Shown one piece after another: positions 1 through 14,253 of a stretch of 64,000 nucleotides of DNA. Each line of letters starts with the position of its first letter. Position 1 is the first letter of the stretch. The stretch comes from Eledone cirrhosa (Eukaryota), in NCBI GenBank assembly GCA_964016885.1, contig CAXHJY010000430.1, positions 80,059 through 144,058 on the forward strand, written 5' to 3'. The notes under the pieces are model-generated. The model was given only the letters and a program-made list of their open reading frames with translations. It was not told where the DNA came from and ran no database searches. A program made the translations under genes and the position numbers.

Positions 1-204
1 GTGGTGGTGGTGATGATGGTCGTGGGTGGTGGTGGGTGGTTGTGGTGGTGGTGGTGGTGGTGGTCTTGGTGGTGGTGGTGATGGTGGGTGGTGGTGGTGG
101 TGGTGGTGGTGCTGGTGGTGGGTGGTGGTGGTCTTGGTGGTGGTGGTGGTGGTGGTGGTCTTGGTGGTGGTGGTGGTGGTCTTGGTGGTGGTGGTGGCGG
201 TGGG

Positions 205-235
<31 letters not shown>

Positions 236-349
236 GGTGGGTGGTGGTGGTCTTGGTGGTGGTGGTGGTGGTGGTGGTGGTCTTGGTGGTGGTGGTGATG
301 GTGGGTGCTGGTGGTGGGTGGTGGTGGATGGCGGTGGTGGTGGTGGGTG
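1..349 (+). repeat. (GGT)n degenerate microsatellite
   Basis: Direct reading; similar blocks at 23962-24060, 26270-26690, 27560-28465, 37765-39185. Confidence 0.95.
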
Positions 350-500
350 ACAGTGTAAGAGTGAGGAACGGGCTGAGGGGTAATAAGAGAAAGTAAAAGA
401 ATGATGGAAGACAGAAAGGAAAAAAAAGAAAGGAAAGCAAAGAGATAGAGGGAGAAAAAGAAACTCTCTTTTTCGTTTCCCTCTTCTCTCTCTTTCTCTC

Positions 501-583
<83 letters not shown>

Positions 584-599
584 GTGTATATATATATAC

Positions 600-634
<35 letters not shown>

Positions 635-1949
635 AATATAAAGAGAGAAAGAGAGAATGATAGATAAATAGCAAAAGAAGAAATAGTGAAAGGAGAAAAA
701 AGAAGAAAAAAAACACTTTCTTTGTTCTTACACATTTTCTTGAAATTCACCCTTTTTCTACGTCACCCCCTCTCTCTCTTCCCCTCTCTCTCTCTCTCTC
801 TCTCTTCCTGTCTCTCACCTCTCTCTCTGTGTCTTTCTTAGTCTTACTCTGTTCAGCATATTTCTCGCCCCCTTTTCCATCCTTCTCTATATTCCCTGCT
901 CCACATCCCCCTCTCCTCATAACCCCTCCCTCGTTCACCCCCCCCCCCCTGATATCTTTTAATTTCACGTTAGACTTCCAGTTTATTTATCTCTTTATTT
1001 ATTTATTTATATATTTATCTGTTTATTTATTTATTTATTTATTTATCTATCTATCTATCTATTTCTTTATGTTCTCTATCGCGCCGCTTTTCTGGGGTTA
1101 ACCAGGCGTGGGTTGAAGTGCAACTTGAGGACTGCTGCCAATTATAAAGGGCAGCAAGTCAGGAGTATTCTGCTTCTTCAAACCAACAAACACACAGACC
1201 AACCGACCCACCGTGCAGCCAGCCGACTGGCAATACAATAACACACACATATATTCACCGCCAGACAAACAACAACTGCCAAGCGCAAATACAAAGAAAA
1301 ATAACTCCGGCATTGTTTGTGGAAATTATGCTTTATTTTATCTTCCCTTTGTTCTAGCCGAAAATTAGAAATTAGTGAGAAGACAACACTTCATGGTTCC
1401 TGCGGCTACCCAAACACTCTACACCAACAAGACAAGCCCATGCGTGGTTGAATGACTTGCTGGAAATAACAACCGCAGCTCAATTAAATCACACCCGACT
1501 GTCTTTTAAAAAACGATTATATCTTTATATCTAAGACCGTATTATAGAATTTTGTATTAGATCATACACGAAGCCTATTTTTAAAAAAAATGAATAATAT
1601 GAGAATTGATTGAAAAGAAACAATGCAATTATTAATAAGAAGATTTGAAATTAATGTATGGAAGATTTCACAGCTCTAACATTACTCCTTCATAGTCACC
1701 CTATGGACGTTTTAGTCTACCCTTGTGTATAAATAAAACAAGATACTTTTTATCAAGTCTAACTAAAAGTTAGGCAAGGCCAATTTTATTACCTGAGAAG
1801 CTGACTGCTATAAATCTCTCACAAGTGAACTCCCGAAACGCGAAAAACAGATCCAATACTTTCTTATTAAAATATTGTCATCTCTGCAATAGCGCCAACA
1901 AATTTCAGTGCCATCTTGAAAATCAGAGTACATCTTCTGCGCAATTTAA

Positions 1950-2232
1950 GTCACGTTGCTTATAACAGGAATTGAGAGATCACAGTTCCGATACTATGGT
2001 AATGTGGTTAGAATGTCTCAGGAAAGAACCGCTCGACAGATTTTACGGGCATGAGACCCAAGGGTAAACCCTGAGCAAGACGGTTGGATAACATCAATGA
2101 GCTTGGCTGCTCTCGCTTGAAGATCCAGCCGGATCAGTTGGGGACGGCTACTTCTGATTAGGTCGGCTGGCAGGAGTGTTTGAGGACTCTGCCCCAAGGA
2201 CCCTCTCAGGAATAAGTGGGTGATGAAGAAGA
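1950..2232 (+). mobile_element. RTE-clade LINE, decayed 3' ORF end
   Basis: Translates (with frameshifts and stops) IERSQFRYYGNVVRMSQERTARQILRA..RPKGKP..RLDNINELG..W..CLRTLPQGP, matching the RTE/Expander C-terminal IERSQLRWFGHLVRM..RPRGRP..LLPPRP pattern. Confidence 0.75.
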
Positions 2233-2295
2233 GCCGTCTCTGCCCGTCTGTCACACGAACAATGTCAATGTAACTATATTATTCATTTTGGTAGC

Positions 2296-2413
2296 GAAGA
2301 AGAAGAAGAAGAAGAAGAAGAAGAAGAAGAAGAAGAAGAAGAAGAAGAAGAAGAAGAAGAAGAAGAAGAAGAAGAAGAAGAAGAAGAAGAAGAAGAAGAA
2401 GAAGAAGAAGAAG
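2296..2413 (+). repeat. (GAA)n microsatellite
   Basis: Pure GAA run. Confidence 0.98.
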
Positions 2414-2648
2414 GTTCTAACAAAACAGTTGGGGGTATGTGTCAACGTGTGAAACATATTCTTGGTCAATCGTTTTGGAAAAAAGTGCAACCAACTCTTC
2501 AAATCACAACCCACCATCTTTTAAAAAGGAAGGACATTTTAGGTAATTCAGTTGTGTATGGACAGCAACAAACTATTATGAAAATATATATACGTACAAT
2601 ATCTTCGAAAGGTACAGTATTTCTAAGTATTATGTTATGTTGTGTGGT

Positions 2649-2980
2649 CCCGTAACTCGCGAGGGAGTCGCAGGTGCGCTTCATTGACATAGGGCGCACC
2701 TAGGGCATTTGTTAAAAACCTTACAGAGCCCATCTCTTTTCCAGGTCTGAATACAGCAGATTTCATCCTTAAGAAGGATAAAGAGTGAGAAAGAGGAAGT
2801 GAGGAAGAGATATACAGGAAAAGTCGATCCCAGTATGTGACTGGTACATTTTTATCGACCTCGAAAGGATGAAAGGTAAAGTTGACCTCGGCGGGATTTG
2901 AACTCAGAGAGTAGAGAGCTTAAACGAATATTATAAAACATTATATCCAACTTTCTCACGACTCATCCAGTTCGCCGCCT
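2649..2980 (-). mobile_element. tRNA-derived Meta/MESC-domain SINE, long-tailed subfamily
   Basis: Reverse B box (GGATTTGAACTC) and TTATCGACCTCGAAAGGATGAAAGG core; the 3' tail recurs at 4270-4440, 4760-4900, 28818-28930, 35891-36020. Confidence 0.75.
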
Positions 2981-3373
2981 AACTGATACATGCAAGAATA
3001 TTTTAGACCGAATCAAAAGAAAGCTTTTGGCTGATTTGCAAACCTTTACATTTCATCCTGTTACAACCATCATCTTGACCTGCAAGAAATAGCAGACAAA
3101 TCTACCTCAAACCATACCATACTGCTTTATAAAATGGAAGATTACATTGAATAATATAGCTCTAGATATACACAATATATATGAGGAAATGGCTGTGTTT
3201 AAACCAGACACAGTCTAATAACTAAAACCAGTATATCCCACGGGCGTATAGAAACTTCCTGACGTTGATAAAAGTAAAATAGATAAATGCTTAGAGACGT
3301 ATTAAAAACGGAATATGTGAGATAATGATACGCAACGAATGATAAATTCTACTCATTGAGTTGATTACAGTTA

Positions 3374-3456
<83 letters not shown>

Positions 3457-3660
3457 TGTGTGTGTGTGTATGTGTGTGTGTGCTTGTGTATTGTTTATAT
3501 TTGTATGTCAATATCTCTGAAATTGCTATATATATACTCGAGTGTATATATAATCTTTCTTTCATTTCCACGTTTATGATATAAATACATACACTGAGCT
3601 ATATATATATATATATATATTATTAGGACAACGGGATTGATGAGTTAATATCTGTATACC

Positions 3661-3737
3661 ACAACTACAACGGTACGCGATGGGGCCCACCCACAGCCCC
3701 GGCGGACAGAATGGAGAAGGCGTTTCCCCGGAACGCT
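3661..3737 (-). mobile_element. CRE-like non-LTR retrotransposon, extreme 3' fragment
   Basis: Near-identical to 11088-11160; encodes RGNAFSILSAGAVGGPHRVPL. Confidence 0.7.
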
Positions 3738-3984
3738 AAAAGGTTACATGTTGAATTTTAGAAAAATCTTACATATTTTTATTCCTCCAATTATTAGTTG
3801 ATTTCTTTCTTTGCTTGAAAAACTCAAACATTTTAGTTTACCATTTCGACACTTAGTAACATAACATAATTGGTGGTTGATACACAGGTTCAGGTTACGG
3901 CTGCATTAGAAAAACTGTATATTATCTTAAATTAAGCGTTAGTAAATATGAAAATACACTCTTGACGGGTGCAATGTGTCCGAA

Positions 3985-4138
3985 AACGGAAGAGCCGAAC
4001 TCCCACCGTCATCGCCCCCATCTCTCTCGCCCTCCCCAGCTCTCTGTATTGTGAGAAAATCGGGGTCCCACGTGCTGGCTGCCCCACAACCCCGGTGAAC
4101 AGAATGGAGGCGTTTCCCCGGAAGATGGTACGGGAGTC
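3985..4138 (-). mobile_element. CRE-like 3' fragment, diverged
   Basis: ACAGAATGGAGGCGTTTCCCCGGAAG shared with the 3661 and 11088 copies (RGNASIL motif). Confidence 0.55.
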
Positions 4139-4149
4139 ATTAGAATGTC

Positions 4150-4440
4150 AGATAGAATGCTTTGTAGTATGCGTTTCGGATCTCTGCTTTCTGAGTTCAG
4201 ATCCCGCCGAGACCAACTTTGCCTTTCATCCATTCAAAGTCGATAAAAAGAAAGTACCAGTCTCATACTGGGGTTGATTCTTCCTCTATATATCTTCCCT
4301 CTCACTCTCTATCCTTCTCTAGAAGAAATCTGGTGTATTCCGACCAGGAGAGGGATGAGATCTGCCAGGTCTAGAAACGCTGTATGGCCCCCTTTCGCCC
4401 CCCCCCCCCTCCACGACTCCCTCAGGAGTTACGGGACTAT
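4150..4440 (+). mobile_element. Meta/MESC SINE, long-tailed subfamily
   Basis: GAGTTCAGATCC B box, GCCTTTCATCCATTCAAAGTCGATAAA core, tail shared with 2649-2770. Confidence 0.75.
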
Positions 4441-4482
4441 ACCATACCAATATGTTAAAAGATATTGTTTGGTATAATGTGA

Positions 4483-4690
4483 AGGTGCGTGGCTGAGTGG
4501 TTAGAGAATTGGATTCGCAATCGTAAGGTTGTGAGTTCGATTCCTGGACCAGGCGATGCGTTATGTCCTTGAGCAAGACACTTTATTTCACGTTGCTCCT
4601 TCTACCTGGAGTTGCGACCGATAGATAGTATTAGCAATTGGAAAGACCAACGGAAACATTGTTCCCTCGGTCCGATTTGACGAAAGTCGA
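4483..4690 (+). mobile_element. tRNA-derived CORE-SINE
   Basis: A box TGGCTGAGTGG, B box GAGTTCGATTCC, CORE-like TGTCCTTGAGCAAGACACTTTA; reverse copy at 10045-10207. Confidence 0.8.
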
Positions 4691-5319
4691 TCGTTCCTAT
4701 TGTGTAGTTTTGTACGACTACTAAGTAGTTCTGTTATTGGTTCCTAGTTAGAATTCCATTCTCTCACTATCTGTTTTACTCTGGAAGAAACCTGCTGTAT
4801 TCAGACCAGGATAAAATTGGGTTCCGCCAGGTTTAAAAAATGACCCCAAAAACGCCATATGTCAATACGGCGTCCCTACGACTCCCTCGGGAGTTAAGAG
4901 ACCATGCAGGCATATATCAGCTGCAGCCACCCAGATATGAGAGCAATAATCTGGTTGTATATCATAGATATGCCTTCATCATATCTGTTCAGATGACCCT
5001 TTGTTGAAACTGCAAACGGTTCAACAACTATTTAGAGGTTGTGTATTTTCTCGCTTTGAAGTTTCCACATTGTTGCAGGTCTGGGGATGCTAGGATAAAG
5101 CGTGTTAACACATGTACACATGTACACATGTACAGGCATAGGAGCAGCTACATGCACACGCATGTTTGCATATATACATGTTAACATGCTTAGATAGGTT
5201 CAACTCATTAAGGTGATTGTAATCTATAGGGAGAGAAAGGGATAACGAGAGAGAGAGAGACAGAGAGAGAGAGGAGGGAGAGAGAGAGAGAGAGGGGGAG
5301 GGAGAGAGAGATAGAGAGA

Positions 5320-5362
<43 letters not shown>

Positions 5363-6084
5363 TTCGCCTTAATGAGCTGAATCTATCATTCGCTTCAAAG
5401 CATCGTATTAACATGTATATATGCAAACATGCGTGTTCGTATGCCTATACATATGTATATATGTATATATATATCTCTCTCTCTATATATATATATATAT
5501 CTATATATCTATATATATATATATATATATAGATAGATATATACAGAGAGAGAGAGAAGGGGCGAGAAGGAGGGAAGCGGCAGCCATGTTCCAGCATAGC
5601 TTTGACACTACGAATTCTTGCCGAAGCAGGCAAATTCTCGCGTCACATTTAATTGTTTAAGTGATTCAAACTGCTCAAACAGCAGAGTAAATCCCTCTGC
5701 TCCCCCCCCCCCCCTCCCTCCACTTTCTATTTTATTACACTCACATTTCTTACACAACTACACACTGCCTTTCTCTTCTTGCATATAGGAGTGAGGTGTG
5801 ATCAGACTATAAGTAGATCAATCTATATATATATATATATATATATGGATATACTTATATCTATGTATATATGCTTATATATATATATATATATAAATAT
5901 ATACATACATATATATAAATATATACATACATATATATAAATATATACATACATATATATATAAAAATATATATATATATATACATACACATATATATAT
6001 AAAAATATATATATATATATATACACATATATATATATATACATACATATATATATATAAATATAAATATATATATATACATAC

Positions 6085-6117
<33 letters not shown>

Positions 6118-6178
6118 CATACATATATATATATAAATATATATATATACATACATATATATATATATATATACATAC

Positions 6179-6209
<31 letters not shown>

Positions 6210-6289
6210 CATACATATATATATATATAAAAAAAAATATATATATACATACATATATATATATAAAAAAAAAATATATATATACATAC

Positions 6290-6320
<31 letters not shown>

Positions 6321-6321
6321 C

Positions 6322-6392
<71 letters not shown>

Positions 6393-6530
6393 CATACATA
6401 TATATATATACATACATTCTTACATAAAAACATATGCATACATGGACATGCATACACACACACACACATATATATATAAATATATATATACATACACACA
6501 TACATACATATACATACATACATACATACA

Positions 6531-7045
6531 TGGTGGCTGCCAACTCGTTTTCGAGTACGGCCACTACTTTATATCCATGTAGGAGAACCCTTACCGATGC
6601 GCTGAACGAGTGTGACTTTTTAGTCCAGCCAGCGACTTGAAAACTCTGGTACAAACACTACACTTGTGACAATTATTGACATATAGTGTTGGGCCCATGG
6701 TACCACGTGACGACAAGTGCAGAGAGATCTCCAGATATAAAGCAATGCCTGTGCCGTTGAGCTTTTATAGTGAGCAAAGCCAGTCTGCACAAAGCCAGTC
6801 CCACTCTCTTAACCAAGATGATATTTACCAAAAAGAAGAACAAGTCAACATCATTGGATACCATCAGGGTTGCAGGTGTTATATCAGAGTTTTCCTTCTC
6901 CTAGAATTCTGCGTTGACAAAGGCTAAGGGGTCATCTCTCCCGGTGATTTTGGATGGCCATTGACTCTTAAGAGCTCCTTTGCCCTTTGACAGGTTTTGT
7001 TTTTTGTCCTGCAGGATGTCCAAAGTCACCCTCCTCACCAAGAAC
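6531..7045 (-). mobile_element. RTE-related non-autonomous retroposon with (TGTA)n tail
   Basis: Highly similar copies at 36386-36762 and 41791-42166; carries the RTE 5' motif CTAGGAGAAGGAAAACTCTGAT and a 3' CTCG..CGAG hairpin followed by (TGTA)n. Confidence 0.8.
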
Positions 7046-7052
7046 ATACATA

Positions 7053-7332
7053 CATGATGGATGCAACTCGATTTTGAGTAATGCCATTGCTTGATACTTA
7101 AGCATGAGCATCATGGTCGTGGCTTTTAAGTCCAGCTAGGGACTTGCCTATGGCCAGCCATGCCATTCCTCGCAAAAAATGTCACATATCAAACGATACC
7201 TGTGCTTGAAGCTTTACACCGGCCCAATCCCACTCTCTGAACATCGAATGTACCGAAAAAGAAGTGATTTACATATTTGAATGCAAACGAAGTCGCATGT
7301 TTTATATCAGAGTAACCTTCTCCTAGAGAGAT
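7053..7332 (-). mobile_element. Older diverged copy of the RTE-related retroposon
   Basis: CAACTCGATTTTGAGTA, CCAATCCCACTCTCT and TATATCAGAG..CCTTCTCCTAG anchors colinear with 6531-6905. Confidence 0.65.
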
Positions 7333-7513
7333 GTCTTACTGAAGACTAGGAGTCTCTTGCTAAAAAAAAAAAATGGAGAAAAATATGAGAAATATGAAAG
7401 TGAGGCCCAGGGAAGAAGAAAAAAAGATTATAAATATATAAGTATATAAACACACAGACATATATACACACACACATATATACATACATATATACACACA
7501 CACATATATACAT

Positions 7514-7558
<45 letters not shown>

Positions 7559-7694
7559 TATAAACATACATACATATACACATATATATATATACAAAGT
7601 TTGTTTCAAAAGTACTTAGCTACTATTTCTAGCAGGTCAAACGATGACCTCATTGATGATAGACAACATACGGGAACAGTGTGGAAAGAGATAG

Positions 7695-7739
<45 letters not shown>

Positions 7740-7824
7740 TGTGTATCTGTGTGAGTGTAATGTGTATGTGTCTATGTATATTTGTGCGTGTGTGTGTAAA
7801 TATGTGTGCATGTGTGTGTGAAGG

Positions 7825-7902
<78 letters not shown>

Positions 7903-7910
7903 CTAACACA

Positions 7911-7945
<35 letters not shown>

Positions 7946-8000
7946 ACATATATATATCATCACCTCACTATTTAAAAAGGACGTTAAACGTTGAAGATGT

Positions 8001-8054
<54 letters not shown>

Positions 8055-8509
8055 GTGTGTTTAATATATGTATATATGTGTGTGTGTGCGTATGTGTGTG
8101 TATGTGTGTGTCTGTATGTGTGTCTGTGTGTTTGTGTGTGTGTGTGTGTGTATGCGTGTGTGTGTCTGTGTGTGCATGTGTGTGTCTGTATTTGTGTGTG
8201 TGTGTGTATGTGTGTATGTGTATGTGTGTCTGTGTGTTTTATGTCTGTATGTGTGTCTGTATGTGTGTGTCAGTGTGTGTGTGTTAGTGTATGTTAGTGA
8301 ATAAGACTGGAGGATGAGAGTATTAGGGGGTTAAACGCTATGAAGCTATATGTGTAAGAACAGTGAACGGCTACAGGTTTATAATTGATGCTAATAGTAA
8401 TTCTATACAGGGTTCACTGAAAATAAGGGCAGCAGATAATTATAGGTTCTTTGCAAAGGTTAAAAGTGGAACCAGGGGATCTGTGTATGTATGTGTGTGT
8501 GTATGTATG

Positions 8510-8562
<53 letters not shown>

Positions 8563-8677
8563 ATAATAATAAATTTGAAGACTAAAATCCAAAGATGGCT
8601 CGATGAGGATAAATAAGTTTCAGAAGATCCCGTTAAGGGTGAAAGCAGCGATTCTTTGCTTAAACTTTAATCTGTTA

Positions 8678-8724
<47 letters not shown>

Positions 8725-10044
8725 CTGTTTACCTATTACATACATATATATAGATAAACAATGAGTTATATGCTTTGTTGGTGATTATTCAATATTTCAT
8801 ATCATCATCGTCATCATCATCAACATCAACGTCATCATCGTCATCGGCATCATCATTGTTATCATCGTCATCGTCATGAAAATCACCATCGTTATCATCG
8901 TCATCATCATCAAAATCCTCATCAACATCATCCTCAACATTTTCATCGTCATCATCATCATCATCATCATCATCGTCATCATCATCATCATTATCGTCGT
9001 CGCCGCCAGAGTAATTGAAGAATAAGTGTAAATAAATATATAGCAAATCAATGGAGTTAGACTGGTCCTGTCTCTTTTACTTCTTCCTATACTCCTTCCT
9101 TAGTTCATTCATTGTATTTTTCTTCACAAATTTCCTTATTCATATCTTATTCTCCTCGGTGAAATACCATTTATTATTCACTTACATCTCACTGTCATGC
9201 TGTGCGATCGATTGACTTTGCTATAAGACTAATCAAAACTCCTGTTTACACTAGTTGCAGTCTATCGACTAACAAGCTAGAATCTATCTACATCAACATA
9301 ACCAACACAAGCTTTTTGGCAAGAAGCTAAGATCATGACATTAAATTATTTAACAGTCTTGGGAAAATTGTACGCAAGGCAAATCAGTATTTCCTGCCCG
9401 ATTAAAAGATACGGCTCGGAAAAAGTTCTCACTGCAAAGCCGAATTCTTCCTTAACAACTGTCAGAAATATTGATAGCTTTATGACGTGACTAAACATCT
9501 GGAAATGGCTTGGAACAAAGCCGAGGAATATTTGCATATTCAAATGGAAAACTGTTCGACTAGCTAATTAAAGCTGAGTTGACTGTAGACAATTCACAAT
9601 TGTAAAGTTTCGGATGGAAATAGCTAGTTAGTTGTCATTGCTGACCTGAACAAGCTCAACAATCTACTTCATTACTGGTTATATTCCAGTTTCTGTTATC
9701 TATATCTGCTTTTATGTTAATCACTCTAGCGGAGATATCAAACTGTACAAAATGGAAATAAGACCTGCAGCTTAGTTAACAAATCTACCAAGTCTTCATT
9801 TCTTAATTAGATGTAAGGTCAAAAGTAAAGACGAATGCGACCTATTTGAAACGGACAGTGTTTCTGTTTGTCATGGGAATTTGTAGCACTAATTATTACA
9901 CTAATCATAATATTTTGAACACTGGAGTTCGAACATAAATACTCTCTACTCAGACCAAACATCCACCAACATTATTTTACTACTATGAAAGAAAGAATCG
10001 AGTGACAAGATCTCAGGCCTTCTTCGCTTACCCAGTGGGGTGGA

Positions 10045-10207
10045 ACTAGTCAAATCGGACCAAGGAAACAATGTTTCCATTGATGATACTATCTACCAGA
10101 GGAAACTCCTGGCAGAAAGAGCAACGTGAAATAAAGTGTCTTCGGGTATTGAACTCGCAACCTTATGATTGTGAATCCAATTCTAAACACTTAGCCACGT
10201 GCCTTCG
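10045..10207 (-). mobile_element. CORE-SINE (internally deleted)
   Basis: Reverse complement of the 4483-4690 family: GAGCAACGTGAAATAAAGTGTCTT, TTGAACTC, ACTTAGCCAC. Confidence 0.75.
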
Positions 10208-10722
10208 TTACTATCAAGAGAGCGGACAAGAAAGGTGACAGAGCACAATTTGGATAATGAGGTTCATGTAAATATTTTATGAAGAAACTCGAGAACATTT
10301 TTTTTAGAAATAAGTTTATCATAATTTTGAAATAAACTTACATAGATTTTATAATTAAATTATATTATACACGGCTTCTATTAGTAATGCAACAATGGGG
10401 GGAGATGTGACGTAGCATATATACATATTGAATAAATGAAATATATTTCTCAGTTAACTCTCTAAATAATTGTTAATACTGCTTGTGGATTTTTGGTTTC
10501 TATTTTCTTCACCGCATATTTATTTTTAGTTAACATTTAAACGATAAACGAATGGCGGTGGATTGGCAGAGTCGTTAGAAACAGCAACTAACTTTCTCAA
10601 ATCATACCTACCATCTTTAAAGTGCGTAAGACATGTTGAATAAAGATGGCCGCGGCTGGAATGCCTGTAAATTATCAACCTTGTAGAGGCTCCTATATTG
10701 GCAAAATATCTCATAGGCACAG

Positions 10723-10798
10723 ACGAGGGTTGGTTGAAAAGTTCATAGGCTGACCAAGATACTCTCATGGAATGACCAAATGAGGTTTATTTTTCAAC
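10723..10798 (+). mobile_element. Tc1/mariner-type TIR fragment (MITE)
   Basis: ACGAGGGTTGGTTGAAAAGTTCATAGGCTGAC resembles mariner TIRs; reverse copies at 48215-48271 and 48340-48401, decayed copy near 1665-1722. Confidence 0.65.
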
Positions 10799-11087
10799 AC
10801 ACACACTTTATATATATATATATACTCTTCTTTTTTTTCCATCTCTACGTCCGTTTTTCAGGGAATGATAAAAATATTACCCGTAAAATATTTGGCCAGT
10901 TGGTAGCTGGAAGTTTTTCAAGTAATAACGATGAAATTCTATATACATGGAATTAGTTTCATGTCAAAGGAGCAAGAATTTAACTATCAAGTAGTGTAAT
11001 CTTCTGAATGTATATAAATTTCAGTGCAGAAGTAAATGATAAAGTAGACAATCAAACTTCCCAGTTGTTGTCTTCCTGTTTCTTCTA

Positions 11088-11328
11088 CAACAACTACAAC
11101 GGAACGCGATGGGGCCCACCCACAGCCCCGACGGACAGAATGGAGAAGGCATTTCCCCGGAGGACGGCAAGGGAGACGCGCTGGAAAAGCCACTCCAACT
11201 CATGAGGCTGGCCAGCTCAGCGCCTATGGTGGTGAGTAAGGAGGTAGCCTTGCGACCGAGGACACCAGAAGTCTCCACTGCCAGGGGTACGACCGCTGTC
11301 TGCATGAATTCCACACTTCCGATCCTTT
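11088..11328 (-). mobile_element. CRE-like non-LTR retrotransposon, C-terminus of restriction-like endonuclease
   Basis: VVPLAVETSGVLGRKATSLLTTIGAELA then (frameshift) WLFQRVSLAVLRGNAFSIL, a typical CRE-clade end. Confidence 0.75.
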
Positions 11329-11889
11329 GATAAAATTTACAAAAAGCTGCAAGAGAATGGTATACTTTGTCAAGATACAGAGATTACCAATGAATGTAGG
11401 AACGAGTGTTCTACAACGGAACAAAGGATGTTATAATCGCCATACTTTAAACACCAAACATGGTGTATCTTATGGGATCTTCCCTTTTTAAAGACACTAG
11501 AGTGCGATATGAGAGACAGAGATTTGGCGGTTATTTCTAGCGGATCGAGAGATCATCAGAGGCTTTCTCATCGGTTGGTATTTAGCGCCCGTCAGAGAAG
11601 ATGTGTGTTGTGGTGGGATGAGATGGCCTGCGGTAAAGTATTGAAGTTAAAACGACACTTGAAATATCTTTCAAGTTTCTTCAAGCTCCCTTAACAAAAC
11701 TGTATATGTGTGTAGAGACACACTAATACACGCCTTCATAAGAACCCACGAAACACAGACGTAAAGAGGTTGTTAGACACACAGACAGATGGAAAAGATA
11801 AACGGGCTGATAAAAACTAGAGCTGTCATGAGCAAGGCATGGAGTCGGATTGATAGATAGACAGATAGATATATAGATAGATAGATAAT

Positions 11890-11966
<77 letters not shown>

Positions 11967-12047
11967 TAGATAGATAGATGGATATATAAATAGATAGATA
12001 GATGGATAGGTAGATATATATATATATATATATATACAGTATATATA

Positions 12048-12099
<52 letters not shown>

Positions 12100-12611
12100 T
12101 ATATATTTCTTTATTTGCCACAAGGGCGCACAATGAGAGAGAGATAGATAGATAGATAGATAGGTAGATAGATAGATAGATATATTCTTTATTAGCCACA
12201 AGGGCACACAAGAAAAGGGGACAAAACAAGGACACATGCCGGGGATTTTACATACAGTCGTGTAAAAATATGAAACAAACAAATTTAACAATCGAAATCC
12301 CCAATAGGGGCCACAAATGGGTGTTTAAAACCCCGTCGATAGAACAACCCTCAACTTCAGGGCCGTGTTGTGCAAGTGCTCCCTTCTTCCTTTTGCTCTC
12401 TTCTTCAACCTACAGGTTTATATACAGAGAAGGGCCAATCACTCATAGATGGATAGTTAGATAGATATCCTAGACAGGGGGTCAACACACCCCCCGCTTG
12501 ACCTTTACACTTTCCATTGTTTTAACAGATCAAAGAATTCAAAGATGACAAATAAACCCCGAATAGTCTTTTGACTGGAATTGTTGTTGCAATGGTTATG
12601 TTGTCGATATT

Positions 12612-12893
12612 GTTGTACTGATTGGATGATCTTGGTGATGGTGATGGTGATGATGATGATGATGATGATGTAGTGATTGGATGATCTTGGTGGTGGTGGT
12701 GGTGATGGTGATGATGATGATGATGATGATGTAGTGATTGGATGATCTTGGTGGTGGTGATGGTGATGATGATGATGATGTTGTACTGATTGGATGGTCT
12801 TGCTGGTGGTGATGATAATGATGATGATGATGATGATGATGTACTAATTGGATGATCTTGGTGATGATGATGATGGTGATGGTGATGATCTTG
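12612..12893. repeat. Minisatellite, ~55-63 bp unit (GTACTGATTGGATGATCTTGGTG + (GAT)n) x5
   Basis: Direct reading. Confidence 0.85.
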
Positions 12894-13253
12894 TTCTCGC
12901 TGTAGTAATATCTGATGTTTTTTTTTTTTTTTTTTTTTTTTGTTATTTTATATTGCATTCTCTTTTCTTTTGATATCTATATTGCTACTACTACTACTAC
13001 TGCTACTGCTGTTACTACTACTGCTACTACTACCACTACTACTCCTACTGCTGCTACTACTACTGCTGCTACTACTGCCACTGCTTCTGCTACTGTTGTT
13101 ATTGTTGTTGTCACTGCTGCTGATGTTATAATTCCGGACAGATGGCAATCTTTTCCTTTTGTTGATTTTTGCTTTCCATTTTACTTCTTTCTTCTCTCTT
13201 CTTTCTTCTCTATTCCATTTCCTCATCCTCATCATCGACAACCATCACCCTCT

Positions 13254-13377
<124 letters not shown>

Positions 13378-13658
13378 GACAGTATTCATTCAATATACAT
13401 TAGACATGAAAGATGTTAAATAAATCACTTATAGTTTTCTGTGTACAAGTGGAGTAAAATAATATTTTCACCTTCGGTTAAATTTTCACAGCGAGCCTTA
13501 TAAACTGTAGTTATACATATGTAGTGAAACAGGACTAGTCCTGTAGAAGCTATTTCTATTTGAAATATAATTAAGTAAGTACCTACAATACTAGGTGTAG
13601 TCTCCTTCTCTTCTTCGGTAAACCATATTATTACATACACACGCACATTGTGTGTGTG

Positions 13659-13689
<31 letters not shown>

Positions 13690-13691
<2 letters not shown>

Positions 13692-14201
13692 GAATGTATG
13701 TATAGTGAATGAATGTATGTATATTTGGCAATATAATAATCAGGAGCTGATTATACAGAGCAATTGCGGGTCCAGCAAAAATTAGGTATTAGGATTGGCG
13801 CTCTGAAATAGCGATGTATACATGAATGTATGTATAGTATATTTGGCAATATAACGTATGTTTATTTAAAAAACATTTAGAAGACCTTACGTTATGAGTT
13901 TGTTGAACCGGCAATCACTCTGTTTAATCAGCTTCTGATTATTACTGGAATTCTATAACAATCCAGCTTCTATAATTACCGGCAAAGGCAACTAAGTGTG
14001 TGGTCTTGGTAAAAGCCAACAAGCGAGAAACAGACTGTCTGTCGGCCATTCTCTGTTACTTTTGCCGAGATTAAGTAAGTGACTTTAAAACTGATAGCGA
14101 ATGGTCTTCTAAATGTTTTTAATTAAACATACGGCATATTGCCAAATATACTATACATACATTCATGTATACATCGCTATTTCAGAGCATCAATACTAAT
14201 A

Positions 14202-14205
<4 letters not shown>
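13690..14205 (+). mobile_element. Penelope-like relic with nested inverted repeats
   Basis: 13783-13886 is inverted at 14103-14205; 13736-13779 is inverted at ~13898-13942; decayed hammerhead at 14001-14048; (TA)n flanks. Confidence 0.6.

Positions 14206-14249
<44 letters not shown>

Positions 14250-14253
<4 letters not shown>

Noticed and set aside
4483-4556. tRNA gene
   Set aside because: tRNA-like head continues into a CORE domain and recurs as a SINE
8615-8660. Hammerhead (CAGAAGA TCCC..GGGT GAAA)
   Set aside because: Core mutated and stems I and III not convincing
9346-9600. Coding exon
   Set aside because: No recognisable motif or consistent splice signals
12110-12510. LINE 3' end or solo LTR
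   Set aside because: Repeat-like but no diagnostic motif I can support
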